A stretch of DNA of 64,000 nucleotides, from contig MU061579.1 of NCBI GenBank assembly GCA_013265495.1, forward strand, positions 606,872-670,871. Reading direction: 5' to 3'. This document shows positions 12,017 to 24,164 of this stretch, piece by piece. Source of the stretch: Vicugna vicugna (lineage: Eukaryota). The position numbers and the translations under genes are program-made. The notes beneath the pieces are model-generated. The model had not been told where the DNA came from and ran no database searches. It was given only the letters and a program-made list of their open reading frames with translations. How positions within the stretch are numbered: position 1 is the stretch's first letter; every line of letters begins with the position of its first letter.

Positions 12017-13087
12017 TACATAGGGACAATTATGCTAGCAATATAATTATAGCAAAAAGATCACATAGTAACACTACAAGATTTTGATTCATAAAACAGT
12101 ATATTCTAATATTAGTCTGTAAAAAGGCTCAGTTATGGTGGAATTTAAAAAATACTTTTGTCTGAGATCTTTGAATCTCCTAGAAATGGCAATTAAAATG
12201 ATAACCAAAGCAACACCTTTCACAAAATGTGTATATTGGACAATGGATAAAGATACATTTTGGTAAACAGTGGAAAATTTCAGGACTTTCTAAAAATAAA
12301 CAATGTTGTTTGGAAGAAAAGGAAAGCATTGATTTTTAGTTAATGAATGTTTGTCAACTATTTGCAATACAGGATTCTTCATACTGGAAATGTTTTCTTT
12401 ACAGCCACAGATAGATTGAACGTTGCCTTGAAAATGCCATCTTCAGGCTTCTTTCTGTTGTGAGCACGCAGTCAGTGCAGTCGAGTGTCTGTTGCTGCCG
12501 GTGCTTGCTCTGGTTTTCAAATTAAAATCCATGCCCTGGAGTGGTGTCGTCGAAAACTGATGGACGTTGAGTGGCCACACAGGCAAAGTAGCAGGAATGA
12601 TGGGACTAACACCAGTTTAGCAGATCAATACCGGTCAGGGCTGATTTTCAGATTCCCTTCCTTAACCGATGTTGGTGGAAGTGCTAATAGGCAGTGAAAG
12701 AGACAAAGCATGATCTAAAGTAGAAAGAAAAAAACACAAAACATTGCTTGCTGAATTATTTTTCTCTTGAATCACACAGAGGAATCCAAATATCTAGGTT
12801 TTGGACAAAGTCCTCTCAGTTTGGGCTGCTTCAGATCGTTTGTTCTTCATTTGTGTAAATAAGGACAAACGGGATGAGCGGGGCATTGCTTTCTCAATTA
12901 GTCTTATGACTCGGTAATGAACGAACAGCCACATTTTCTGTCCTTTTTGGACAGTCTGATAGCCTCCCGACAGTTCCCTAAGGTTTGATTGTCTGGTAGA
13001 AACTTAAGGAAATATGTGCTGTCCAGATAATGCCTGTATTTTCTAATTCTATTGACAGAAATTTCATTTACATATTTATTGTGCATA

Positions 13088-13718
13088 GGTTAGAGCAGGC
13101 AGATAATTAGATATGAGCAGAGAAAGGGAGACCCTGGCCTAATGACAGGCAAAAAGAGGAGGGTCCAAATGCCAGAAACCATACATCATGTAAACAACAG
13201 GGGTCCTTGGGCAGACAAAGCAAAGCAGAAACCTTGGGACTGGTAAGAAATCACTGATTTGAGGGTGACAGGTGACCTGGAGGCCAACAAAGAAAGGTGA
13301 GAAAAGGCAGGAATCTCCAGTATCCGAATGTAACCTTTTGCTCATTATGCCCTCATTACAATAAAATTAGCCTTGCAGATTAGAAGTACCTGTCATGCAC
13401 CGATGCCATGACACTTTCTATCCAGACTAAATAAGGACAAAAGTCCCTCCTCCCTTTGGGAAGGTGGAGTTGGGATGAAAATCAGGGAATACAACCCCAA
13501 GTCCTTGCATCTCTAATAAATATTCCACCCACTCATTTTTATACCTTATGTAATCAGCTTCCCAAAGAAACACAGCACAGCTGCTCCCCTGAGCCTGCCT
13601 GCTCTCCTCTTAAGAGTGTCCTATCCGTCCCTAATAGATCCCCACTTTACTTTTTTAACCTCTGTGTCTTGTCTCGGAATTACTGTGTGACGAGACAAGG
13701 ACCTAACTGTCGGCAACA
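13088..13718 (+). mobile_element. solo LTR, ERV1-like (631 bp)
   Basis: Starts ggttagagcaggcagata (TG>GG), ends ggcaaca; perfect 4-bp TSD cata (13084-13087 / 13719-13722); R/U5-like gaattactgtgtgacgagacaaggacc. Confidence 0.85.
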
Positions 13719-13758
13719 CATAAACATACATACATACATACATACACACATACATATA
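13719..13758. repeat. (CATA)n microsatellite
   Basis: cataaacatacatacatacatacatacacacatacatata. Confidence 0.85.
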
Positions 13759-13854
13759 GTTGTTTACTCATTGTTTTCTTAAGATGTTCTAATGTTAGAC
13801 TATGTTTTCTATGTGCATCCTTTAGATTACAATTAAGAAACAGTGAATATACTG

Positions 13855-14321
13855 ATTACTACTTAGCAGGGGCTAACTTCTTGGAATCAGAACCCCAAAG
13901 TTACAATGACTTAAATATAATAGAAAGGTTTTTCTCATATAGGCAATCCGAGATAATTGTAGATTGGCCGATGTGTGGTTCTCATCCGCTTTATTATTTA
14001 AAGACCCAGGTGGTAGAGACTCTGCCTTCTTCCACACACATCTTCTAATCCAGCCCACACTTTGATGTCCAGCCAGTGAAAAGGGAAAAAGAGAAAGAGC
14101 CAACAGGATCGTTCACATAAGAGGAGGTGGAGCAGGAGGTGGGGTTGAGGAGTGGCGGGTGATTAAGAACGAAGCCTGGAAGTTCACGTATTATTCCGCT
14201 CACATTTTATCAATTATAATGTGGCCAAAACTGAAACCAAGAGAAATTGAAAAATGTGGATGACATCTGTCCAGGAAGAAAAGAAGACAGGTTGTGTGGG
14301 GCACCTGGCTGTCTTTGTACA
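13855..14321 (-). mobile_element. old MaLR LTR (MLT1J/K-like)
   Basis: Antisense MLT1 pattern ccccaaagttacaatgacttaaatataatagaaagg...ttccgctcacatt...ccaggaagaaaagaag...ctttgtaca. Confidence 0.6.
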
Positions 14322-15329
14322 AATAATACGCACAAGGAGTGGGGGAGGATGCTGTGGAATGCCGATGCTGCTTTAGTTTCGCTTTAGATGACTTTATCTA
14401 CATCCCAAACTATTGTTTCTAATTTTATTAACTATTATTATTATTATTTCTTCGGGACAAAATCTCCCAGAGAAGTTTTGTTGATTCTCTTTCCCTACAA
14501 GAAAGTAGGTCTTTTAAGTAAATTTTTAATGCACATAACAGAAGAGACCTTCTTTATATTCAAATATGTCCTGAATGTTGAATTAATAATGATGCAAAGG
14601 ATTCTCAGTGGTGTATTTGTGAACCAGGATCCACTTTATCATACTTTTTTTTTTTAATCTATGAATGAACTGAATAGATATTCCTATTGTACCAGTGGCT
14701 TCATAAATCTATGTAGTTGACATAGCCAGTTGAAAACACTCTTTCTGAATTTCTTTCACACTGTTTCTCCTGCATTTCTAGCTTAGAGTTCTGGAAGCTA
14801 ATTTTTTTCCACAGATAATTACAATTTTATGAGGAAATTCACCAATGAAAATTATTATACATTCGGAAGAGTACTTCAGAGCCTATTTACAAACCAGGCA
14901 GGAAGTATGTAGATTTCATGCCTGGAAAAGCATAAATAAAATTCATTTTTAATCATGTAATTGTACTGTCATTTGTTTCCATGTAATTGGTGAGGAATTA
15001 CAATTCTATTCATACCCTGGGTCCACTTCTGGAATAAAGCAAATGTACTGTGAAAATGTCAGGAGCATAGTTTTAAATTATTGCTTTTAAGGGCTATAGT
15101 ACTATACTTTTTGGTGTTTGATCAAGTGTAAGGAATGTCTGGTAGGATAACACTGATGCAAAGCCTGAGTTTCTAAGCAGAGGATTAATTAAACAAACAA
15201 AATATTGAAATCTTTCTTTCACATAAGGTCGCTGCCAGGGGAAACGATTTTTTTTTTTTAAATGCAGTTATCCAATAGTTACTGCTTTCTTTAACTTTTT
15301 AAGTGGATATGTCTGTAACACTCATATTT

Positions 15330-15490
15330 TATAGGTCAGTTAGGGAACTTCCCTTTCCCTGAGCCATAGATTCCTCAATCTAAACAGAGGAGCAAAATAA
15401 CATATAGGTCACAATTAATTTAAGGGAAGGAACATAAGTGAAGCCAAGCCTACCACCCGGCGTATTTATAAACTTTTCATAAATACTGCT
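15330..15490 (+). mobile_element. MIR SINE
   Basis: cttccctttccctgagccatagattcctcaatctaaacagagg. Confidence 0.5.
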
Positions 15491-15861
15491 TTCCTTCTCT
15501 TTCCCCTTATCACAGGCACACAGGTATAGGCAGAGCTAAAGCCAGGATCTGAACTTGAATTTTCTGATTTTGTGGTTGGTATGTTTCTGTTTTGTAACCA
15601 GCAACTGCTATTTTAGAACATTCAAAATGCCTTAGTACACTTGAATGCAAGTGTTTTCATGGTGTGAATCTATTCAAAATGATCTTCCATCATCACCACC
15701 GAAAAATGATAAGAAAAACAAACAACAGAACAAAAAGAATAAACAATCCAAAGAGAGGATTAGTAGTAAAGACAGTTCTGTGTCAAAGGTGAGAAGAGCT
15801 CTGTCATACGTGGAATAAAGGTATCCTCCTCTTTTGTGCTTTTTAAAAAGGATCTCAACTG

Positions 15862-16050
15862 CTAAGTCAGGCCGAGAGAGGAAAATACATGATGATCTCT
15901 TTTATCAGTATAAATTGAAAAAAAACAACAAGCAAACAAACATCATCATAAATACAGAGAAAACAGATTAGTGGTTGCCAACACTAAGATTGAGGGGGAG
16001 GGGAGGTGGTGTGGGAGAAATAAGTAAAAAAAAAAATTTAAATAAAAAAT
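15862..16050 (+). mobile_element. L1 3'UTR fragment (older, L1MA/MB-like)
   Basis: taagtcaggccgagagaggaaaatacatgatgatctc...aaatacagagaaaacagattagtggttgcca. Confidence 0.7.
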
Positions 16051-16869
16051 GATCTCCACATCCACAGTGCTTGGTATTTTCAAGGAAAGTGTCTCATTTC
16101 CATTAACAAGGAAACCTCTTAATTCACAAATATGCACAGTGGGGGACGTGTGTTAATAGCACTCTTCGCAACCGATAATGTGGTGCAGTTAATGTATCTC
16201 AGCTTGAATTAACTTTACCACAAGCCACTGTTTCCTTTTCATACAGCACAGGATCCTGTGGAAAAATCTCTTAGAATCTCACAAGGGGAATTCAATTAAC
16301 ATTACTCACTACTGTACAGCGACATAAAAATGGAGGCTATTTTAACCTTTCTCAAGTTTCCTGCTGATCAATTCAATGCTTTCCATTACTTTTAACTCCG
16401 GTCATTATAAACTCACCTTCATTTGTTCAGAAAATACCTTTCCACTAATGGGGCCGAGTACGTCTGCCAATAGGAAGTCAGAATAGGCTCAACAGACTGA
16501 AAAGATTCCTGAAAATTGTGTGTAGGTTTGTCCTTGGCATGACATCACTTAACGTGGTGTATTTTTAACCCGGGAGCTTCTACTACTAGAATTGACTCTT
16601 TCAGCCCCACGACTGCCTTTTGACATGTAGCTCCTCTAATTGGAGTACACTTCACCTTGTAAAATCCAGATTTTTGTCATTAAAAAGTATTAAGAGCTTT
16701 AGTTACCAGAAAATGGTAACACAGGTTTACTTGAACACACAAGTTACTTATCCTCCCTGAAATAATTTTATAGGCAAGAAAACTCTTTATAGGTATAGGC
16801 ATAAATAAAAGACTAAAGTGCCCTCCTTTGCTGCCCTCTCCCTCAGTGCTCATATTCTATCACACAGTT

Positions 16870-17355
16870 TCCGATAGTTTTATTTCTCAGATAGTGCCAT
16901 TTTTCACAGTCCCTGAAGTCACCACTCAATGCCAAGAGGAGGGACCTCCAATTGGTCTCCCACAACCACTCTAGCACCCTCCAACCCCTCTCTCGCACTA
17001 CAAGAGTTGTCTTCAAAATTCAAATCTTCTCATGACATATGCTTTGATAAAATATTTCCATGGATGCTCCAAGCTCTTAGGATTAAAGACCAACATCCTT
17101 GCAGACAACCTTGCTTAGCTCAGCCTTTCCTCAACCTCTTAAGTGTCACGTGCCTCACTCTACCTTTCGATCTCTGGGTCACATTGAATTTTCAATGTTT
17201 TAGCTATGCTAAGCCTTTCCACGTGTAATTTGTTAGTTTTATTATTTTATTAACATATGCAAAGAAAGAAAGCATACCATGAGAAGAAAGACTTTTTCTT
17301 TACTGGCTGTCGCATTGTTGGTACTAATAAATACCAACTGAATGAAGAAAGCGAA
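16870..17355 (+). mobile_element. L2 LINE 3' region
   Basis: cctccaattggtctccc...tttccatggatgctccaagctcttaggattaaagacc...tgttggtactaataaatac. Confidence 0.6.
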
Positions 17356-18074
17356 TGGAGAAGATGTTTTATCAGTGATGCTTTCCATGAGTCCAGGAGT
17401 GGAGAAAATTTAAATTCAGTTCGTCAACCACATTTATATCTCCCATCACTGATTTCCTACATTTAGGTTAGTCATGCAGTATTAATTCAACAAATTATAA
17501 ACAAAAGAAAGAGTATATGGCCACAAAGTGCTTACTATATATTTAGAAATACAATAGCGAAATGGACTAGACTATAAAATGGGGAAAGAGCTCCAATTCA
17601 TCCACGTCATCTTACTAGTTATTTTGTATCATGAACTCTTTTTCACCTCAGAAAGGCAATGTCAGTTAAGCAGATATCTTTTCAATATGAAGATGGTTTA
17701 GGTTCTGGTATTTAAAGGAAAGAAAATCATTTCTTTAAGACAAAAACGTCTTTTATTGTTATTGTTGTTAGGATCCATAACATGTATATTATCCAACAGT
17801 TATTAATCAGTCAAATTGAATCAGTTTCTTTCAGCTCTTAATACAAAAATAGTTAAATATATGTATTTACGTATATCCTGCTATCAAGTAATGTTCTGAC
17901 CAGCCCTCCTTACTACCCATTTGGATTGTGTGTCTTCCAAATATACAATTGTTCTACTTTAATCAGAAGGACGCAATTATTGTTTAACACACAATCTCTA
18001 GCTATGTCACATGACTGTGTAGGGACACCAATCTCTCAATACCACTTGCCTGAAAGCCTTACTCAACAACCAAC

Positions 18075-18275
18075 AGAGCAGAGTAGGAAAATGGGAACAG
18101 AGCTTAAAAGCTTGAATTCTAGTTTTGATGCCAGAAATTCCTCACTAGTGGTTTTGTACAAGTTATTTGAAATTTTGAGCTTCAGTGTTCTTATATTTAG
18201 TATAGAGATAGCAGCTCTTGCCTTGACAAAAGGATGATTATGAATATGATATGATGTAAAAAGTATGAAGTAAAC
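18075..18275 (+). mobile_element. MIR SINE
   Basis: gcttgaattctagttttgatgcc...acaagttatttgaaattttgagcttcagtgttcttatattt. Confidence 0.55.
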
Positions 18276-19380
18276 TTTCTCCAAGATAATCCTGAAGACC
18301 ATTGGTCCCAGAGATTGTCCTAAAGAAAGATACCTGTGGTCAAATATGTTCAGAAAATATTTTATAATCTAAAAGGTCATAAAAGGTGAACAAAGCAATT
18401 TAGTATATTAACATTCAGGTGGGTCATGCCTTAAGGGAAATTTGTTTTTGTTTTTGTTTTTTTTTGTATTTAACACAATATTTTCCAAATTTATTCAATC
18501 ATGAAACTTTTTTTGTATCAGTAAAGCATAATAACACAATTGCTGAAATGCTATAACATTAGTATGTATGTTTATGCATGAAACATATTGAATCAGATTT
18601 CCAAGGAAGAAGGAAAATATTAATAAAGAAAAATGAAATGATTACATATGTATATTATGTTTGGCATCTGCACTATATTGGCATTCCATAATATACTATT
18701 TTGATGACAAATAAAATATTTGGTTAAATATATGTATTTCTCACCTCTAGGCTACCACATTTAACATAATGTCAAACTTTGTAAATATTTGCTATCAGAT
18801 ATAATTAGCTAGAAGATCAAATATAAAGCTAGTCTAACTTTTTTTCCTCTTACAAAGTAGCAATGATTACTCAACTTCAATCTGAGACTAAAAAGACAGG
18901 TGGAGAAGGGGAATCACACTACTTATGTGGCTCACTGAAAGCTTCTAGAAACATTCCTTATCCCTCCAATTAGCCTAAAGTCTTCAGATGTTTGCCAGTA
19001 CTTGTCACGTGTTGTAGAGTAACTTATTCTTGGGGGACATTAGATTTCAGTTATTCAGGTAATGTAAGTTGTGGGTTAATATATGCTCAGAATAAGCTTG
19101 TGTGGGGAAGCAACCATTTGTATTATTTCTCTTTGTCTACTTGGTAGCCACCATATATTTGTTTATGTTCAGTTTGAATTTAGAGCTAAAGACAAAATTG
19201 GTGAGTGGCTGTAGCAGAATCACAATTTTATGGAGCTTTGGCTTTAGAAGAGCATACAGTTTAGTGCAATTTCACTAACATCTGTTCACCTCACAGTACT
19301 ATACATAAGAAAGGTAGTATGGGCTAATGACACATGTGACTATTAGTGGTTTAATTTTAAAGGTTGCTCAATAGTGTTTT

Positions 19381-19499
19381 CTTTTTTAATTTTATTTGTT
19401 TGTTTTATTACTATTTCTTTTAATGGAGGTACTGGGGATTGAACCCAGGACCTCCAGCATGCTAAGTAAGCACTCTACCACTGAGCTATACCCTCCCCC
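19381..19499 (-). mobile_element. tRNA-derived SINE (camelid Vic-type)
   Basis: ttttaatggaggtactggggattgaacccaggacctc...ctctaccactgagctataccctccccc; TSD aatagtgtttt (19370-19380) / aacagtggttt (19500-19510). Confidence 0.9.
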
Positions 19500-19632
19500 A
19501 ACAGTGGTTTGGTTTTATGATCATTTCTGTTTTATAAAAACTAAACCAACCAAAACAAACAAATGCTAATGCAGAAAATTCCCCAATCTTAATTTCAGCT
19601 TAAAAATTATTTTGCAAGAGTGTATTGTGCTT

Positions 19633-19810
19633 TGGAGTGGTGGCTCTCAAAGTGAGGTCCCTGGACCAGAAACTTCAACACAAAGATCTCATGGAAAATT
19701 GTTAGAAATGCAGACGTTTGGGCTCTACCCCAGATCTACTGAATCCGAACTTCCGGGAATGGGGCTCAGCAGTCTGCTTTCACAAGCAGTTCACGTGATC
19801 CTAATGACCT
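19633..19810. mobile_element. MER5A-like hAT-Charlie MITE
   Basis: ctcaaagtgaggtccctggaccag...ttgttagaaatgcaga...ccccagatctactgaatccgaac. Confidence 0.8.
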
Positions 19811-19819
19811 GCTGCTTTG

Positions 19820-20003
19820 AGGTTTTGCCTCTCCAGGGACATTTGGCAAGCTTTAGAAACATTTTTGTTTGTGAAAGCTGGAGAAGGGCCTGGCATTAAT
19901 GGATAGGGGCTAGAGGTGCTGCTAACCATCCCCAACGAGCAGCCCCGACGAAAAGTTTGTATCCAGCCTCAAGTATCACTATTGAGAGTGAAAGGTCTGG
20001 CTT
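19820..20003. mobile_element. MER20-like hAT-Charlie MITE
   Basis: ttttgcctctccagggacatttggcaa...tagaaacatttttgtttgt...ggctagaggtgctgctaaccatcc. Confidence 0.75.
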
Positions 20004-21199
20004 CAAAGAAGTCCCATAGGGACCTGTAATACTGAGAACACCACCCATTGGGTGGACCCAAGCAGGTTAGCAGTGTATTTCATACATTTTTGTAAGCCAA
20101 GTACATCCACCTTTTAAGGATTTTTATGTGTTTTACACAAACTTAATTTATAGGCTGAATCCCTGTAATGTCTTTGTGAATTAGTGATTAGACGGACTCA
20201 ATTCTTTACTGCTTTCAAGGACATGACGTGTGGACTAACTAGTTACTGAAGTCTTTTGATAGAGAGGCAACTAAATTTAAACAAAAAACTATCTCTCTTC
20301 TCCTTCATCCGATGACCTACAACGTGTTCTTCTTCCAATTTGTGATTTTGTCATACTACTCAGTGTCACTTAGTCATTAGAACTATTCTATGGCATGTAC
20401 AAGGAGGATTAATCAAGAATGGATATAATTAGTCCAGTCCTTATAATCTAACGCCACTGTGATGCCGCTGTAATAATGACTGAGAAAAGATATATTTATT
20501 CTGAGTTTTGAATTTGGGAGACATTGCACAACATGGGAGACCTCTGTTTACTTCCTCTATTTGACTATGCAAGTCTAATGGTTCCCAGTAGCTGTGGCAT
20601 GTGTTTCCTTACAGAATATGATCTATCCACTTGTTCATTTATTATTTCATTTTCTTAGCATTTCTTGAATGTTCTATATGATTGACAGTTTTTTTTCAAT
20701 GCTAAATATGCAATAATGACTCAAAAAGGTAAACATCTACTAGGGCAGGAAAAAATTAAAAAATATAATGTGAAGTTTAGGTGTAATTGGTTATTACATG
20801 ATTAAACAATAGTCCTTGAATATTTCTTCAGCCAAGGAACCATGAAGGAGTGTCGTATAACTTCACAATGTGCGATTACTTTCACTTTATTTTGTTATCT
20901 GTTTATTTGTGTTTTCCCTTTGAAGTCTAAACTACAAATATTTCTTTTCCTGGGAGGGAGTTAAATGTATTGTGTTTTTCATCATGGCAGTGTGAGAGAG
21001 GATTCTAGACAGAAGAGAGAAAAAGAAAAGGACAGGGCATGCAGGTCAGCAAAAGCTGCAGGGCTAAGCACACAAACTAAACATATTCCCAGGATAAGAA
21101 AAGCAAATAATCAGCACTTTGCAAAGCATATTGGAGAGAAAGAAGTAAACGTCTCTGTGGTCTTCATGTTAAAAAGACACATCTCCTCTGGAATAACAA

Positions 21200-21420
21200 A
21201 TCATCCAATCTTGACACCACACTTGCTGGTCTATAAACTTGCATGAGCTATTTAATCTCTCTGAGACCAATTTCTTCTTCAGAAAATGTGTGAAAGAATT
21301 GTACCAGCTTCATAGGATTATTGTGGGAATTAAGTGAGATTATTCACATAATATTTCCCTACAGTTCCACATATAAATGAAATGCTCAGCAAAAATTTAT
21401 TTTACCATCATTATTGTTAA
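21200..21420 (+). mobile_element. MIR SINE
   Basis: tatttaatctctctgagaccaatttcttcttcagaaaatg...cttcataggattattgtgggaattaagtgaga. Confidence 0.75.
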
Positions 21421-21689
21421 CTTTTAAAAATAGAAAATCTGGACTCAATAATATGGGCATAACACATTCCTTAGATAATGCTAACTGACTTCAGATAAGG
21501 TATTTTACAATAATCATGCAACATTTATCATAGAAAAATACCAAGAATTGATAAAACAAAATGAAAACAGTCACTGCTTCATTTTGTTGATATAAAATAT
21601 TTTTCTTGCTCATACTTCCTATAATTTTGAAATTTGCAACAATTTAATATGAGTTACTTTTAAGATCAAGAAAACAGTATATTTGGAAA

Positions 21690-22450
21690 AAATGTTTAAT
21701 GCATCAATTCTAACATGCTACTTTATGCCTATCTGCATACAGAGTATTTAATGTAAATACATAGGTATATAGGAGTAGAAAAGTAAGACCAGATCTTATT
21801 TTCACAAAGATTGAAGATAAGCTTTCCAAATTTTTATGACCTTGAATAAATTTATAAGACTTAGTTAGAAGAAAAAGAAAAATAAGAGGACATTCAAGTA
21901 AATTGAATAGCAAATGCCCTGGCATCAAGGAGAAATGGTAAAGCATCTTTGCAGAATTACAAGTGGTTTCATAGTTCAGGAGTAAAGAATACTGAGAATT
22001 AGTGCAAGGTGAGACTGAAACTGTGGCCAGGGTTTTATATGACTCATAAAGGATTATAAATTCCACCATTTTAACAAAGTAAGATCAATCTGGATTGAGG
22101 ACTGTGAGCTGGATCAAGTTAAGAGACTACAGCAAAAACCACAGTGGAAAAAGAAAACAAAAAAATTAAAATAGTCATCTCAGTGGGATTAAATTATAAG
22201 AATCAGACTAATTATTTCCATTTTTGATTAATCCTCCTTGTATATTACATAGAATAGCTTTAATTACTAAGTGACCCTGAGTAGTATGAGAAAATAATAA
22301 AATGGAAGAAGAACAGGTTGTAGGTCATTAGATAAAGGAGGAGAGAGAGAGTTTTTTGTTTAAATTTAGTTGGACATATAGGTTGGCTATGGTACAACTA
22401 TTTCTTGTCTGAGTAATTGGAGATGTCAATAATCTGACTGAGAAGTGTGG
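21690..22450 (-). mobile_element. highly decayed L2
   Basis: Purine-rich antisense L2 pattern: aacatgctactttatgcc...gtgagactgaaactgtggccaggg...agatcaatctggattgagg. Confidence 0.5.
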
Positions 22451-23007
22451 GGAAGAATTTGATAGCTTTTGATGACAGAAAAATAGTTAAGGTGGATACA
22501 GGAATGTGAAGTATCAGCAATAATCTGTTTAAAATAAAGGACAAAATGTGTCATGAGGATGATACAAAAATATGGTTGGCAGAAGCATAGAGTTTATGTA
22601 AGGATCAGAGGAGGGAAGGAAGATTTGAGCTGGATTAGAAATGCTCTAGCAAGCCAAATGTAGAAGTTAATACTTTAGTCTGTTTGGAAAGGAGTACTAA
22701 TTATCTAGACAGGGCAACAGCATTTCTATTTAACATATGTTTTGGTATAAAAATATAACATAAAGATCATAAAACATGACTATGAACAATTATACATCAA
22801 ATAATTGGCAACCTGTAAGAAGTGGATAAATTCCTAGATACAACCTCCCAAGACTGAATCATAAAGAAATAGGAAATCTGACCAGACTGATTACTAGCAT
22901 AGCTGTTGAAACACTAATGAAAAAAACCCCCAAAATGAAATTTAGGGCCAGACAGCTTCACTGGTGAATTCCACCAAACATTCAAAGAAGAATGAATACC
23001 AATTGTT

Positions 23008-23289
23008 TTTTCTTTAAACATTTTTTTATTGATTTATAATCATTTTACAATGTTGTGTCAAATTCCAGTGTAGAGCACAGTTTTTTAGTTATACATGAAC
23101 ATATATGTATTCATTGCCACATTTTTTTCTCTTTGAGCTACCATAAAATCTTGTATATATTTCCCTGTGCTATACAGTATAATCTTGTTTATCTATTCTA
23201 CATTTTGAAATCCCAGTCTATCCCTTCCCACCCCTCGCCCCCTTATCAACCACAAGTTTGTATTCTATGTCTATGAGTCTGTTTCTGTT
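23008..23289 (-). mobile_element. young L1 3' end nested inside the older L1
   Basis: T-tail then antisense L1 3'UTR (ttccctgtgctatacagta, tcccttcccacccc); 14-bp TSD gaataccaattgtt (22994-23007) / gagtaccaattgtt (23290-23303). Confidence 0.9.
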
Positions 23290-23482
23290 GAGTACCAATT
23301 GTTAAACTTCCTTGAAGAATAGAAGAGAAAATACTTTCAAATTCATTTTGTGAGGCCAACACTATCCCAATACCAAAACCAGACAAGGACACCACAAGAA
23401 AAGAAAACTATAGGCCAATATCCAAGATGAGCATCAATGCAAAAATCCTCAACAAAATATTAGCAAACTAAACTTAAAGTTC

Positions 23483-23959
23483 ATGAAAAGAATGACACAG
23501 TCAAGTGGGCTTTTTCCAGATATGCCAGCATGTTTCAACATCTGTAAATCAATTAACATGATACACTATGTTAAACAAATGAAAGATAAAAATTATGTGA
23601 CCATCTCAATAGATGCAGAGAAAGCATTTGACAAAATTCAACATCTATTTATGATAAGAACTCTCAACAAAGTGGCTATAGAGGGAACATACCTTAACAT
23701 AATATGGGCCATATATGACAAATCCACAGCTAACATCATATTCAACAGTGAAAAGCTAAAAGTTTTTTTCTCTAAGGTCAGGAACAAGAAAAGGATACCC
23801 TCAATTGCCACTATCATTCAACATAACCAGAGAAATCAAGCAAAAAAAAATAAATTAAAATGCATACAAATTGAAAAGAAAGAAATAAATCTGTCACTAC
23901 TTGGAGATGACATGATATTATATACAGGAAACCTTAAAGACTCCATCAAAAACTGTTAG
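23483..23959 (+). pseudogene. L1 ORF2p reverse-transcriptase remnant
   Basis: Translation contains FNICKSINMIH, ISIDAEKAFDKIQH, GTYLNII-AIYDK-TANII and LLGDDMILY (degenerate FADD motif); frameshifted and stopped. Confidence 0.9.
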
Positions 23960-24164
23960 AACTAATCAATGACTTCAGTAAAGCTGTGGAATTCAAAATC
24001 AGTAGACAAAAATCTGTTGTTTCTATATTCTAATAATGAACTATCAGAAAAAGACATTAAGAAAACAATTCCATTCACAACTACATCAAAAATAATGCAA
24101 TCCTAGAAATAAAGTTAACCAAGGAGGTAATAGACTGAAAACTACTAGACATCAATGAAAGAAA

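Noticed and set aside
16120..16150. U1 snRNA-like words (cacaaatatgca, agtggggga)
   Set aside because: The two words match U1 in opposite orientations and do not extend.
21710..22069. 119-aa ORF on the minus strand
   Set aside because: It lies in decayed L2 sequence and has no recognisable domain.
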